The notes under the pieces: model-generated
What the model was told of the DNA's origin: nothing
The model's input: the letters and a program-made list of their open reading frames with translations, nothing else
Databases searched by the model: none
Shown here: positions 38,776 to 52,082 of the stretch, in pieces
Position numbering within the stretch: the stretch's first letter is position 1
Layout: every line of letters begins with the position of its first letter
Translations under genes and position numbers: made by a program
Source of the DNA: Octopus vulgaris
Lineage: Eukaryota
DNA: 64,000 nt
Reading direction: 5' to 3'
Assembly: GCA_951406725.2 (NCBI GenBank)
Contig: OX597815.1
Location: 100,440,001-100,504,000 of the forward strand

Positions 38776-39170
38776 GACTTCTGAGAAGTGAAATGAAATT
38801 CCTAAAACATCTCTCCATTGTCTGAAATATAGGGTCTGTGTTGTTATATCAGCAAAAATATGAGGGGAAGTAGTTGAATAACACTTGCATTTGACTCCAT
38901 TTCTTAATTTATCCATGTTATACAAAAACATTTCACTTTACCCTGGAATTTCTACCTTTATAAGTAGGCTGTAATATTCTTGGCACTATTTATTTTTTCC
39001 TTGTTATTTGTACACATTGAACAAATACACATGCATTTATATATATATATACATACAATGGGCTTCTTTCAGCTTCCATCTACCAAATCCACTCATAAGG
39101 CTTTGGTCAACCCAAGGCTATAGTAGAAGACACTTGCCCAAGGTGCCACACAATGGGACTGTGTCCTATA

Positions 39171-41452
39171 TCATCATCATCATCGTTTAACGTCTGTTCT
39201 CCATGCTAGCATGGGTTGGACGGTTCGACCGGGGATCTGGGAAGCCAGAAGGCTGCACCAGGCTCCGGTCTTATCTGGCAATGTTTCTACAGCTGGATGC
39301 CCTTCCTAACGCCAACCACTCCGTGAGTGTAGTGGGTGCTTTTTACGTGCCACCTGCACTGGTGCCAGGCAAGGCTGGCATCGGCCATGGTCGGATTGGT
39401 GCATTTTACGTGCCACCTGCACGGAAGCCAGTCGAGGCGGCACTGGCATCGGCCACGATTCGGATGGTGCTTTTTACGTGCCACCGACACAGAAGCCAGT
39501 CAAGGTGGCGCTGGCATCGGCCACGATTCGGATAGTGCTTTTTACGTATCTCCAGTCCAGGGGTCCTGGCATCTGCCGGGTGCCAGTCATAGGATTGGTT
39601 CAATTTTGATTCCGAAAGGGGGGTAGGCATAGGTGCCTGTCGTCGGATGAGGTTCGATATCGACTTCGCTTGCCTCAACAGGTCTTTGTGTGTCCAAGGG
39701 AGGAAAGGCATGCATAAGTGGGCTGGACTCACTTGTCCTGTCTGGTCTTTTCACGCACAGCATATTTCCAAAGGTCTCGGTCGCTGGTCATTTCCTCAGT
39801 GAGACCTAAAGTTCAAAGGTCGTGCTTCACCACCTCGTCCCAAGTTTTCCTAGGTCTACTTCTTCCGCGGGTTCCCTCCACTGTTAGGGATTGGCACTTT
39901 TTCACACACCTATCTTCATCCATTCTCGCCACATGACCATACCAGCGCAATCGTCTCTCTTGCACACCACAACTGATGCTCCTTAGGTCCAACATTTCTC
40001 TCAGGGTACTAACGCTCTGTCGAGCATGCACACTGACATTACACATCCATCGGAGCATACTGGCTTCATTTCTCGCGAGCTTACGCATGTCCTCAGCAGT
40101 CACGGCCCATGTTTCACTGCCATGTAGCATGGCTGTTCGTACACATGCATCATACAGTCTGCCTTTTACTCTGAGCGAGAGGCCTTTAGTCACCAGCAGA
40201 GGTAAGAGCTCCCTAAACTTTGCCCAGGCTATTCTTACTCTAGCCATTACACTTTCAGCACACCCACCCCCACTACTGACTTGGTCACCAAGATAACGGA
40301 AGCTATCAACTACTTCTAGTTTTTCCCCCTGGAAAGTGACGGAAGTTGTTTTCTGCAGATTTTCAGAGGTTAATGCTCCCGAGCATCTGCCACATACAAA
40401 AACCATCTTCCTAGTTAGCCTTCCTATGACATTGCTGCACCTCTTATGTGTCCATAGCTTACACTTGGTGCATCTTATAGAGTTTCTACCTACACCTTTT
40501 CTACAGATCGAGCAGGGCCATCTACCTGAAGGCGTTTGTGATTTGTCTACCTTCCTACTTATTACGACTTTGGTTTTAGCTAGATTGACTCTAAGGCCCT
40601 TCGATTCTAAACCTTGCTTCCACACCTGAAACTTCTTCTCCAGTTCTGATAGTGACTCAGCAATTAGAGCAAGGTCATCAGCATAGAGGAGCTCCCAGGG
40701 GCATCCTGTCTTGAATTCCTCCGTTATTGCCTGGAGGATTATGATAAATAGGAGGGGGCTGAGGACTGAGCCTTGGTGGACCCCTACCTCTACCCGGAAT
40801 TCTTCACTGTACTCGTTGCCAACCCTCACCTTACTAGCAGCGTCCCTGTACATGGCTCGCACAGCTCTCACTAACCATTCATCTATTCCTAGTTTCCTCA
40901 TTGACCACCAGATGAGGGATCGGGGGACCCTGTCGAAGGCTTTCTCCATGTCAACAAAAGCCAGGTACAGGGGCTTACCTTTGGCTAGGTATTTCTCCTG
41001 CAGCTGCCTTACCAGGAATATAGCATCAGTGGTACTTTTCCCTGGCACGAACCCAAACTGCATCTCATCTAAACTAACTCTCTCTCTAATTAGTTGGCTT
41101 ATGACCCTCTCTGTAACCTTCATCACCTGATCCAACAGCTTGATACCTCTGTAATTATTTGTATCTAGGGCATCACCTTTACCTTTGTAGCAGTTGACTA
41201 TTATGCTGCTACACCAGTCATTGGGTATGACTCCTTCATGTATCACCTGATTAACTATACGGGTGACTAGGCTATAGCCGACACTACCAGATATTTTGAG
41301 CATCTCTGCAGTGATACCTGATGGGCCTGGTGCTTTCCCTGTCTTCATGCTTCTAATTGCCTTAACTACCAAGGAACTATCAACCCTGATAGCTGGTCCC
41401 TCTGTTGGGTCAACGTTCGGCAGACTCTCTTTATCCCATTCATTTTCTTTAT
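39171..41452 (-). mobile_element. 5'-truncated RTE-clade LINE (RT + PHD finger + C-terminal domain, 3'UTR with tandem ~65-bp units, (GAT)n tail)
   Basis: ORF 39813-41492 has KAPGPSGI, NYRGIKLL, QFGFVPGKSTTDAIF, FVDMEKAFDRV, GVHQGSVLSPLLF, YADD (40674-40685), FRYLG, GSETW and RRLRWYGHV. The endonuclease domain is missing. The tail is a (CAT)n run on + at 39171-39183. Confidence 0.95.
39729..41452 (-). pseudogene. RTE reverse transcriptase ORF, truncated, with a probably premature TGA at 39813-39815
   Basis: The frame continues after the TGA as TLGLTEEMTSDRDLWKYAVREKTRQDK* to 39729. The first ~13 aa of the ORF-track protein come from flanking DNA. Confidence 0.85.
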
Positions 41453-43947
41453 ATGTATGTGTATAATTTCGTGTATACCCACTAGGAAACAAAAAAACAA
41501 AACATGCTTCGAAACAGTAACTTGTGCAATATTTCTTGTCTTGAGCTTAAGTTAGAGACACTCTTGTTACTCACATCATCAGAATTGCAGTTGACCATTG
41601 GTCCATTGGAAACTTGAAACTAATACCTCTATTGTTGATAGAGGTATAAAATGTGTTGTTGCCATCTCTCATTAGTATTCAGTTTTACCTCCCTTTGATC
41701 ATTGTATTACCTACAGCTGTTCTGGTTGTATATTAAGCCTTTCCTTTTCTTGTTGTTTTAAAGTTGTTTCTATCAAAGTTAGCAATGCACTGTGGTGATG
41801 TACTCTCACATTGACTTCCATAATGAGTATTGCATTATATAATAGCATAGGTGGCTGAGTATTTCATAGACATTGAATTTTCATGTAAGCTCAGTGTGAC
41901 ATGACTGAGCCTTTGAATTTCAAGTATCATGTATTATAATATATATGAATGGCTTGATATTTTACTGGTGCTAGTACTTTTAATGTAATCCTCAAACAGG
42001 ATCAGCATGGCAAGACCAATCTTTACACAATGTAGCTGTGCTAAGAAATTTGCTTCCCAACAACATGGTTCCAGGTTCAGTCCCATTATGTGGCACATTG
42101 GGCAAGTGTCTTCTACTATAGCCTCAGGCTGGCCAAAGCCTTAATGGTGGATTTGGTAGACAGGAACTGAAAGAAGCTTGTCACACACACATACACACAC
42201 ATGTGTGTATGTCTATCCATGTGTTTGCCTCCCACCACTGCTTGACAATTGGTGTTCATTTATTTATGTCCCTGTAACTTAGCAGTTTGGCAAAAGAAAT
42301 GAATAGAATAAGTATGAAGCTTAAAATTAGTATTGAAGTCAATTTGTTCAACTAATCCCTTCAAAGCAGTGCCCCAGCATGCTGACAATCCAACAAGTGA
42401 AACAAGTAAAAGATAAAAGGTTAAGATATCCTGCATGCACAGTTTCACCTATAAGCAATGGGTTGACTTGAAATCATGGCAGCAGGTACTTTGCCAAAGT
42501 GGTTTTGCAGCCAGATCACTCCAAAGACACATGATTTTCAACACACTTTCTGTCACCTGTAACTACATTTCAGTAACGGCTTCTATTAACTTTCATTTAA
42601 ATCTACTAATGCTTTTCAAAGTTGTATAGAGACACCCTTACAGATGTGTAGGTAAATTAAAAACACTTGTGTGAAATTGTATCTTCTGCTAAGCTTTACT
42701 TAGTATAAAAATACAACTTGGGTGATATTTGAGGATGATGCTGCTGGTATTTGTAGCAGGTCTTGCATTCACATGGCCACTCTTGTTGACTTGCTTCATT
42801 CATCTATTTAATAAGAACTAAAACAACTACTGTGGTTTATTCCTATATATATTTTGTCCATTGGCTGTTTCACCTTTATTTTTTTCTTATACCTCTATGA
42901 ATATTTATTTTCTTAATTTCTATTATCATTACAGCTTTGTGTGCTTTAAGTATTACAGTGTTGTAGTTCCTTTTTTATTTTTGGGTTTTTCCCTTACATT
43001 TCTAGAAAATAATTAGTGGGGAAACAACAATAAATTCTATATATAAGTTCATTTTCCAACAACCTACATACCACCAAAAGGTAGCTCTGTTGGCCTAACT
43101 ACTGTGCTAATTCAAAGTGGTTAAACAGCAGGGTTTTTTTTATTTTCAAATTTTCATAAAATACAAGTTTGGGACAGTAACACCCACTGAATGAAATAAC
43201 AATGCTCATTTTACAATATTCATAAAAAGGTTTGAGTTAATATGTTGTAGAGGTAGTATTGTGCATTTGGAAAGTCAGTGGTTAATTTGTGTATTTAAAA
43301 AATACAAAGTTCTTTTGTAAGCGTGAATGAGAAATGGTGCTGAGATTACAAAAATGAATGGCAATCAAAATATGCGGTCAGTAATCTGGTGGAATTAAGC
43401 CATGCCAGATCAATGTTCCATTCAACTGAAGACTAGCTGAAACAAGAGTTGAAAACAATCTCTCCATTGATTATTTGTTCTGGTTGAGTTTTGCAGAAAA
43501 GAGAGCAGAGTTTGAGTTCCATTTATGCAGCCAATGCATGTCTCCTTTCGGTTTTTCGTAATGCTTTTCCTTTGAACCTCTCTTTCAGTTATTAACTTAA
43601 CCTCCACTCACTCTCTTCCTTTATTTTCACTGATTCACTAACATACTTCATTATTTCTTCTCTTCCTTGCTCTACATATACAAATATATCTATATAATCT
43701 AAAACAGTTAACAAATGCACCCTTCTTAAGTACATATTACAGAATTACTTAAATTAATTTAAATTTAATTTATTCAATCTCTCTTAATACAGAGAGAATG
43801 TTATATTAGAACACTTAGATATAATTTGATCTAGTTTAATGAATAAAACTCTATTTCCTCCTGAACTTTGGCTATCATGAGGTTAAATACAAATTAAATT
43901 TTATAACCATATCAGGTTTCAACATCTTCCCTTCACTTTCCTTTCTA

Positions 43948-44796
43948 CAGGGTGCATAAGATATTTGCAGTCAGATTTATGGTTATAAAAAATGATAACT
44001 TTATTTATCAAAAAATGCTATGAGAATAAAAATAAACCTTCTTTTCTATAATGTTATTCAATAAAGCCACCTTCAGCTTCAACAACTGCTTCTGTGTGAG
44101 ATCTAAATCATCTACATACTCAAATCAAGTGGTCCTGGTTCATTTTGGACATTACTCTGACTATGGCAGCTTTCAAAGAATCTTTGGTGTTATGGGCATG
44201 TTCATTGACACCTCTTTCAACAACGCTCCACATGTAATAGTCCAATAGATAGAGATCTGGGGAATTAGGAGGCCAAATGTTAGGGGTTGTGTGATCGTGA
44301 AAATTTTCAGCTATCCATTGCTGTGTAACTAGAGCCATGTGTGATAGCGCAGTCTTACTGAAACACATATAGCCTTCCATTGCATACACTGTCTGCACAT
44401 AACCATCTGTCATTTCTTCTGTTAATTTGGTTGGAGTTTTTTTTCATTTGAGAAAATCCAAATCAAATCTTCTTCTGATGGATTTTTCAGTTTGTTTAAG
44501 AGCCTTTTAGATCTGATGTAGTGATTTTCTTTTGCATTTTCTGACAAATTGACCTATCTTCATCATATAAGATTTGTATCTAATGTCTTTGTAGATAAAC
44601 TTTGTAGAGGAAAGATCTGGCAACTTTTAAAAATTGAGATATTTCTAAATATAACCACAATAACAGCATGCCTCTTCATTTCTTGAGTAAACTGGGGTTC
44701 TGCTATTATTATTTTCTGAAACAAAGATTATACAGAGTTAGAAAAATGCAGCAATGACCCAAAAAAGGTATGTTCTTAAATACCTTATGCATCCTG
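43948..44796 (-). mobile_element. maT (DD37D) Tc1/mariner internal-deletion derivative
   Basis: TA-flanked TIRs CAGGGTGCATAAG / CTTATGCATCCTG. Transposase relic FQ*D.ALSH...WPPNSPDLYLLDY has 37 residues between the last two Asp (one frameshift assumed). N-terminal HTH-like relic EMKRHAVIV..FLKVARSFLYKV. Confidence 0.87.
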
Positions 44797-46139
44797 TAAC
44801 ATCATAGTAAAATAAAGAAATAAGCTACCCACACATAAATAATTTCAGTTTGCTTCAGGCCACACCTGTAGAAAAGCATTGAATGAAGGTGCATAACAGA
44901 ATAATGTGGGTTGCATGCACAACTGCACATTCTCTATGTAGCAGAAACACATGTTGTCATTTAACTAATTATGCTGTCAAAATTGAATGAAAAATTTGAA
45001 AATGTACTAATCTCCATATTCTCTGTAATTGCTTTGGATTTACATTCATGAAAATATTCATAATCCGGTGAAGCGGAACCCAGATTTACCCTTCAGAAGA
45101 ATTACAGTGGGATTGCACAGCCTAAGCGATACTTGGTGCTTCTTTCTACTTGATGCAGTTAGCCAGAACCTTGACTATACCTGAGAGCTCTTACAATGCC
45201 CCCCTTAATAATCTAACCCTATACACTCGTCGTGTATGTGTTTTTTTTTTGTTCTTTTGTTTCAGTCACTTGACTGCAGCCATACTGAAGCACTGCCTTT
45301 AGTCAAACAAATCGACTCCAGCACTTATTCTTTGTAAGCCTAGTACTTGTTTTGTTGTTCTCTTTTGCCAAATCGCTAAGTTACAGGGATGTAAACACAC
45401 CAACATCGGTTGTCAGGCAATGGTGGGAGGACAAACACAGACACATGCAAATATATATATATATATATATATATACACGATGGGCTTCTTTCAGTTTCTG
45501 TCTACCAAATCCACTCACAAGGCTTTTATATGTTTCCATCTCCGCTCTTACACTATCTGTTTCACTTTAACTCTTTTTTAACCACCTCTTCCAAAGTATA
45601 ATGACTGCTTGTCTCACAAACTCCTGACCATCTCCATCAGTCTGCCACTGGTCTATTTATCTATCTAATCTACCTATCTTTATAACACTTTCTCTCTCTT
45701 TCGCCTATCACAGCTACTGCTTTTTCCTTCCAGCTTGACAGAAAGAGGGAAGTCAACCAAAACTCTACACATGACTTAGCATTTTATATATTAAGATATA
45801 TATATTTGTAAGTAAATATATATATATGTAAAAATTTGTAAGTAAGTATTTTCTGTGAAAATATTTTTACATTTGACGTCTTTTGTTTACAATTTACTTA
45901 CTGCATGAGCCTGGATTGTTTCCCTTTATTATCATGTTTTCAACAATTTCATGTGAGTTTCTATCATATTACTTGGTGTACATTCACACTTCTAGGTTCT
46001 CATACCTGAGGTGTGTGTACAGTACTGTCTTTTGGAGATGAGGACTTGTTTGTATGCTACATTAGATTTACTTTGTGTAGGTTTTTGATGTTTCTGGTAT
46101 CAGTTTAGTCCTTCTGTTTTGTTGTATTTGCTATCAAAC

Positions 46140-46820
46140 CCCTCCTCCGAAATTTCTGGCCTTGTACCAAAATTTGAAAACCTTGTTGTTGTTATGAATG
46201 TGGCAAGCTAGCAGAATCATTAGCACGCTGGGCAAAATGCTCAGCAGCATTTTATCCATCTTTATGTTCTGAGTTCAAATTCTATCATGATCGACTTTAC
46301 CTTTCACTCTTCTAGGATTGATAAAATAAGTACTCGTCAAGTGCTGGGGTTGGTGTAATCAATTATCCCCTTCCCCTCAGAAACTGGAGGCTTTGTGTCA
46401 AAATTTGGAACCATTATTGTTATTAAGGCAGCAAGCTGGCAGAAATGTTAGCATGCCAGGCAAAACTGCAGCATTTTGTCAGTTCTGAGCTCAAATTCTG
46501 TCATGGCCAACTTTGCCTTTCATCCTTTCATGGTCGGTGAAATAAGTACCAGTTGCATACTGGGGTCAATACAATTTACTAGCCCCTCCCCCCAAATTTC
46601 AAACCTTGTACCTTTAGTAGAAAGGCTTATTATTATTAAGGTGGTGAACACACCAAACAAAATGCTTATCAGTATTTCATCTGTTTTTATGTTCTGAGGT
46701 CGACTTTGCCTTTCATCCTTTTGGGGTTGATAAAGTAAGTACCAATTGAGTACTGGGGTCAATGTAATCAATTTATCCCCTCCCCTGAAATTGCTGGCCT
46801 TATGCCAAAATTTGAAATTA
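46140..46820 (+). mobile_element. Head-to-tail array of three Meta-core SINEs (plus a 3' remnant) abutting the SMSr acceptor
   Basis: Units start at ~46200, ~46425 and ~46640; the (ATT)n tail runs into the polypyrimidine tract at 46848-46864. Confidence 0.82.
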
Positions 46821-46864
46821 TTATTATTATTATTATCATTAATATTATCTTTTTCTGTTTTTAG

Positions 46865-47501
46865 ATGAATATTTAAGAGAGATGGATGTTGCTAAATGGA
46901 ATTGTGTCCAAGTAGCAGACTGGCTTACACAAAATGGCTTTGGTGATTATGTGTATCTACTGACCGAGACTCATCGCATTGATGGGCAGGTGCTGTTAAC
47001 ACTCAGTGAAAATGACCTGAAGCAGGAACCAATAGCAATTCCAGTCCTTGGTGATATCAAACGCCTTATGCTGCATGTACAACACTTACAAGTAACTGCA
47101 GGCAACTCTTTATCAAATTGCAACCATTCCTATGTCCGTAAGGTGGAGAGCAGCAGAATGACTGTACGCCGACGGAATCTGCCTAGTCCTGTAGAAAGCC
47201 AGTCTGATACATCATTGTTTGAAGATTGTGATGAAGTGTCAGGAGCTCAATCACAACATCTTGATCCAGAAATTTGGAAAACAGTTTTAAGTTTTTTCTA
47301 TATATTCACCGTCTTTCTAATTACATCATTTGTGATGGTCATTGTCCATGAACGAGTTCCTGATATGCGTAAATATCCTCCTCTTCCTGATATATTTCTG
47401 GATAATATGCCTTATGTTCCATGGGCTTTTGAAGTCTGTGAAATGATTGGAATAATCCTTGTCAGTATGTGGTGTGCTGTTCTTTTCTTCCACAAACATA
47501 G
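46865..47501 (+). CDS. SAMD8: SMSr / ceramide phosphoethanolamine synthase, exon encoding the SAM domain, linker and first TM helices (ATG at 46882; frame stays open back to the acceptor)
   Basis: Translation [37 protein letters not shown] (SAM domain) and [32 protein letters not shown] is collinear with vertebrate SAMD8. Acceptor tttttag|A at 46864/46865; donor AG|GTAAGT at 47501/47502 (phase 2). Confidence 0.96.
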
Positions 47502-48419
47502 GTAAGTGCTACCTCAGCTTTCTTTGAACACTGTCAGTAAAAGCCTTTATTATCTGAAATCTATGTCCATTTTGCCATTTCAGCTTAAATTTATGTATGT
47601 ATTTATGCATGTAGTACAGATATAGTTGTGTAGTTAAAAAGTCTGCTTGAGGACCATGTGATTTAAGTTTCCTTTCTACTTTTGTGGACTCTGTCAGCTA
47701 GTGTCTTCTACAATAGCCATGGCTTGACCAATTCCTTGTGAATGAAATTTGATTGGTGGAAACTGTAAGAAGCTCTACATCATATATGTGTATGTTCCCC
47801 CTTCTTTGACATATGCATGCTGATTGTGAAAAGTCACCATCCATCCAAACAATGTCATATGGTTACAATCTTCTGCAAATGCATCATCTTCATCTTTGTT
47901 TAATATCGCTTTCCATGCTAGCATGGATGGGACTGTTAGACATGAAGGTGGCTAGCAGGGAGCTGTCCAGACTCCAACTGTTGGTTGTGGTGGCATGGTT
48001 TCTACAGTTGGATATCCTTCCTAATGTATGTCCAACCTAATTATTATTTGATAGACTAGAGGAAATATTACCTCACTTTGAAACAGACAAAATCTGCCTT
48101 CACAAAGTTTTATCTGACTTATTCAAGTATTGAAAAGTACATTATAGCAACAATGATGATGATGATGATGGTAATATTTATATTTTAGTCAAAGGAGAAA
48201 GGGCAGTGTCCATGACCTTTTTCAGTATCTCCAAGACATGTGTAAGATAGGAAAGTCTACTAAATTTCATTAGCAAGGCTTTGGTCAACCTGATGATATG
48301 GTAAAAGAAGTGCAATATATCCAAATCAATGGGTCTTGCTTTTCTAAGACAGTCAGATGATTCAAAAAAGATTTAGTTATTCTTTTCAGCAGGTCATGTA
48401 ACCACATAACAATGGAAGA

Positions 48420-48737
48420 CCATTTTTAGGAAGATCATTGGAGGGGGGAGGCTCTGAAAAGGGTCTCAAGGAGTAACATGCCTGCCTTCCTGAGATAGTT
48501 TTCCACCACATCTCTTAAAAATCATGGTAGAGGCCTTGGTTTCAGGACCACTCATGTCTAGAAACTGAAGTTACGGTTAAGCAAGGTCATGCTCCCCATA
48601 GAAAATCCAGCTCCAAAAAAGCCTCATGATAGCAAAGGAGAATGGGCACCTGCCTACCTCGGTTGCTATGGCATTGAGGTAGATCTGGCCACCCCTGTTA
48701 ATGGAGACAAAACACTGAATGATGATGATGATGATCA
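48420..48737 (+). mobile_element. LINE/SINE 3' end with (GAT)n tail, unrelated family
   Basis: GC-richer block ending in GATGATGATGATGAT. Confidence 0.4.
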
Positions 48738-51615
48738 TCATATTTTCTTGTGTGCCACCGGCGCTGGTACCACAAAGATACAAATTCCATTGATGATGAT
48801 GAAAATAGCAAATATGATATCAGCTAGTTTACCTACTTTTTTCAGTGAACAAGTGAACATAAAACACTCTTGAGGCACTATCAGTGTTGACAAAATTAAT
48901 TAATCTTCAAAAAAAAAATAATTAATTAATCTTTAATTTTACAAAGTTCCAACATATTACTGTTTTAGTCTTCAAGCTTAAATTGTTTTTTTTTTTACAT
49001 ATGAATATTTAGAGATTCCCCAAAAAGGTATAGCAAAATCAAAATATGTCTGAAGTTTTCTCCTGTACTTGTTGAATGAACCAAAATAGTATAAGTAAAG
49101 GACTAGCAATTTTCTGTCTCATTGAATAATTATTTCCATTTAGCTTTTTTTTTTTATTAAATAAGTTCACTGTCAAATACAACCAGTCTATTTTTAACAT
49201 GAGAAAGTAAAAGACAAAATTCTGTTTTTGATATTGGTACTCGGCTACAGATTTATAGTAGGAGTGAGGGTGTAGTTAATTGAAATCAACTTCACTAAAT
49301 ATCTATTACTTGTTTTGTCAACTCCCTGAAAGTAACAAAGGCAAAGTTGACATCAGGATTCATGCTCAGACTCAGAGAGACAAAAGAGTGTCAAATTAAA
49401 TGCTTACAGCATTTAGAAATGACCCTTTACTTTTTGAGATCAACTTTCACTCATCTTTCCAGAAGTCAATATACTAAACAAATACTAGTACCAATTTGGT
49501 ATTCCTATAAACTGTCTGAGATGTGAATGAAATTATAACAAGGAACTAAAACAAATATTATAGTAGCATATAGTGGCATTCTATCTTTTCTATAATTCAA
49601 CTGCCTTGCTTTGATGGTAATAAATGATTAACTATTTTGGTTACATATATGCTCAATATTCCTTTTTGAACTATCAGTTTATGAACATCACCTGATGAAT
49701 TACTTAATAAAAACTGTATTCTTGTCATGAAACTTTCATGTAAGAATACAAAAGTTACATGTCTTTCAAGCATTTTGTTTTGTTTTTTGTTTTTTTACAA
49801 AATACTGTCCTGTTGGTTTAATACAGACAAGATCACAACACCTCCCTAGGCACTCAATGCTAAAAGCTGAAAAAATGTTGTTGAACATTTTGTGCAATGC
49901 CCCAACAGTTCCAACCCACACTTCTGGAGATGTACTTTTACTTTATTGATCCCAGAAAGATGAAATAGATATATTTAGATATACCAGTATAATTATTTAA
50001 AGGGAGATAACTCTATATTTTAATTACTTTTCAATTCAATATATTTAATATTACTTGAGTAGTGAGCTGACAGAATCATTAGCGGCATTTCGTCCTCAAT
50101 AAAATAAGTACCGGTCAAGGATTGGGGTCAATGTAATTGACTTAGCCTGCCCACTAAAATTACTGGCCTTGTGCCAAAATTTGAAGCTAATATATTTAAT
50201 ATCATTTTCTCTCCCTCTCTTTCTTTCATTCACCTTCTCTCTCCCCTCATATGTAACTATAGTTTGATGTGCTGCTACTTTACACACATATATATATATA
50301 ATCCTTGTTTTAACATTAACTTTTTCATATGTGCACATCTATACCCCTGCACCCAATCTGTACCTTTCCTACAAATCATCTTCATAACACTCATCCTTCA
50401 TTAATCTTCTAGATATGGCACTATATCCTTAGTTGCTGTAATTATATGAGACCTGAAGTGCACATACATCATTCCACCAGTTGTCCTCTTTGGAACCACT
50501 TCCCTTACCAGTCATCCCTTACCCCTTTATTTCCACTGAGCACCATCTCATATCTGCCATCAATGCCCTATCTCTGTTATTCTTCAATATCCACTCCTGC
50601 ATGCCTCTGACCTTTGTCTCTTCAACTTCTCTTTCACCCACATTTTACATCATCTCCTTATTTCTCATTTACCTAGTTTTATTATACTATCAGTCTGCCA
50701 CTTTCTTTCACACTCTCGTCAGTCCATTCCTATTTTCCTCACAATCCCCAAAACTGAGATTCACTATCGTCTGCACCTCAATTCATGTTCACCATTCATA
50801 GCATTCATTTCTGTCCTCATCTATACTGTCTGCTACTTTTCTTTCACACTCTCATCACCCTCAAATCTTACTCCCTATTCTCTTTTTATTCTTCTTCTTG
50901 TACCATGAAGCTATGCCCTGACATCTTTTCGCCAGTCTTTCCTCTTTTCTTGCTGATGTAACTATGTATCTCCTCTGTCATACTTTTTAGCCTATCAACA
51001 CCTGGCACAAATCCACCTCCCTTGATACTGACTCCCCTACTCTGTTACAGGAATCTTGTCTTGCCTGTTACTTGGTAACCTCTTTTGCGCTGGTGCCACA
51101 ACGGAAGCACTCAATACACCAATATACTTTGTAAAGTGGGTGACATTATGGAGGGCATCCATCCATAGAAACCTTGCCAAAAACAGACATTGGAGCCACT
51201 ACAGCCTTCTGACTCTTCAAATCCTATCAAACGTCCAACCCATGCTAGCATGGAATATGAACATTGAATGAGATGATGATACATACACACACACTCTCAT
51301 CAGTTATTTTGTGGCACATAATGAGCAAAAATTTTACTCCCTTATGTATGACTGCAAATTTCAGAATTTTACTGATACTTGTACATTTAACACAGTCCTC
51401 ATGCAGAATTTATGACAAGGCTAGGACTTTAATTTGTAAATACAGTCCGGCTGGTAGGGTTCCACACAGTTATTGTTTATTCAGTTTCAGTTAAGTGGCT
51501 AGGGTCAACCCAATGTTAAATGAGAAGACCCTTTTCCATTATCACCTACATAGGTTACAACTTAGAACTTTGACTGCAAAGCAGACTTGTCAATTTACTA
51601 CACTGCACACGTGCA

Positions 51616-51661
<46 letters not shown>

Positions 51662-51964
51662 CCATACAAGCCAGTGAGGGAACCCATAGTGATCACACTT
51701 GAAATAGCAACTAAATCCCTCAAATCATACACTTAAATAAAGAAGTTTACATAGCACAATGTAGTCTTGTATATACAAAGAGATGAGATAATGCCAGCCG
51801 GAATGCTTTTGATGATTGATCTTGTTGATTGGTGCTGACAAGGGATTAAACAACAATGTTAGAGTACTGACCATATGGAGAAAATATTTATGGAAGTTGG
51901 TTTTGCTTAATCATTGACCGCACAGTTCACTTGATTTTTATTAAGTTTTTTATTTCTTTTTCAG

Positions 51965-52082
51965 GTTTATTTTAATGCGAAGAATGTTTTCCCTGATGGG
52001 TACTGTATTCTTGTTACGCTGTGTTACAATGCTTATTACATCACTATCTGTGCCTGGAGTACACCTGCAGTGTGAAGCTAAG
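51965..52082 (+). CDS. SAMD8: SMSr coding exon (R)[39 protein letters not shown], not in the ORF track
   Basis: Polypyrimidine tract plus cag|G at 51964/51965 completes codon AG+G (Arg). Contains the SMS D2 motif [17 protein letters not shown]. Donor AAG|GTATAT at 52082/52083, phase 0. Confidence 0.95.

Noticed and set aside
39976-41130. + strand ORFs of 97-139 aa
   Set aside because: Antisense shadows of the RTE RT frame.
49692-49718. CTGATGA followed by an ATTA/TAAT stem
   Set aside because: The essential G of GAAA is missing and there is no stem I or III; likely chance in AT-rich DNA.
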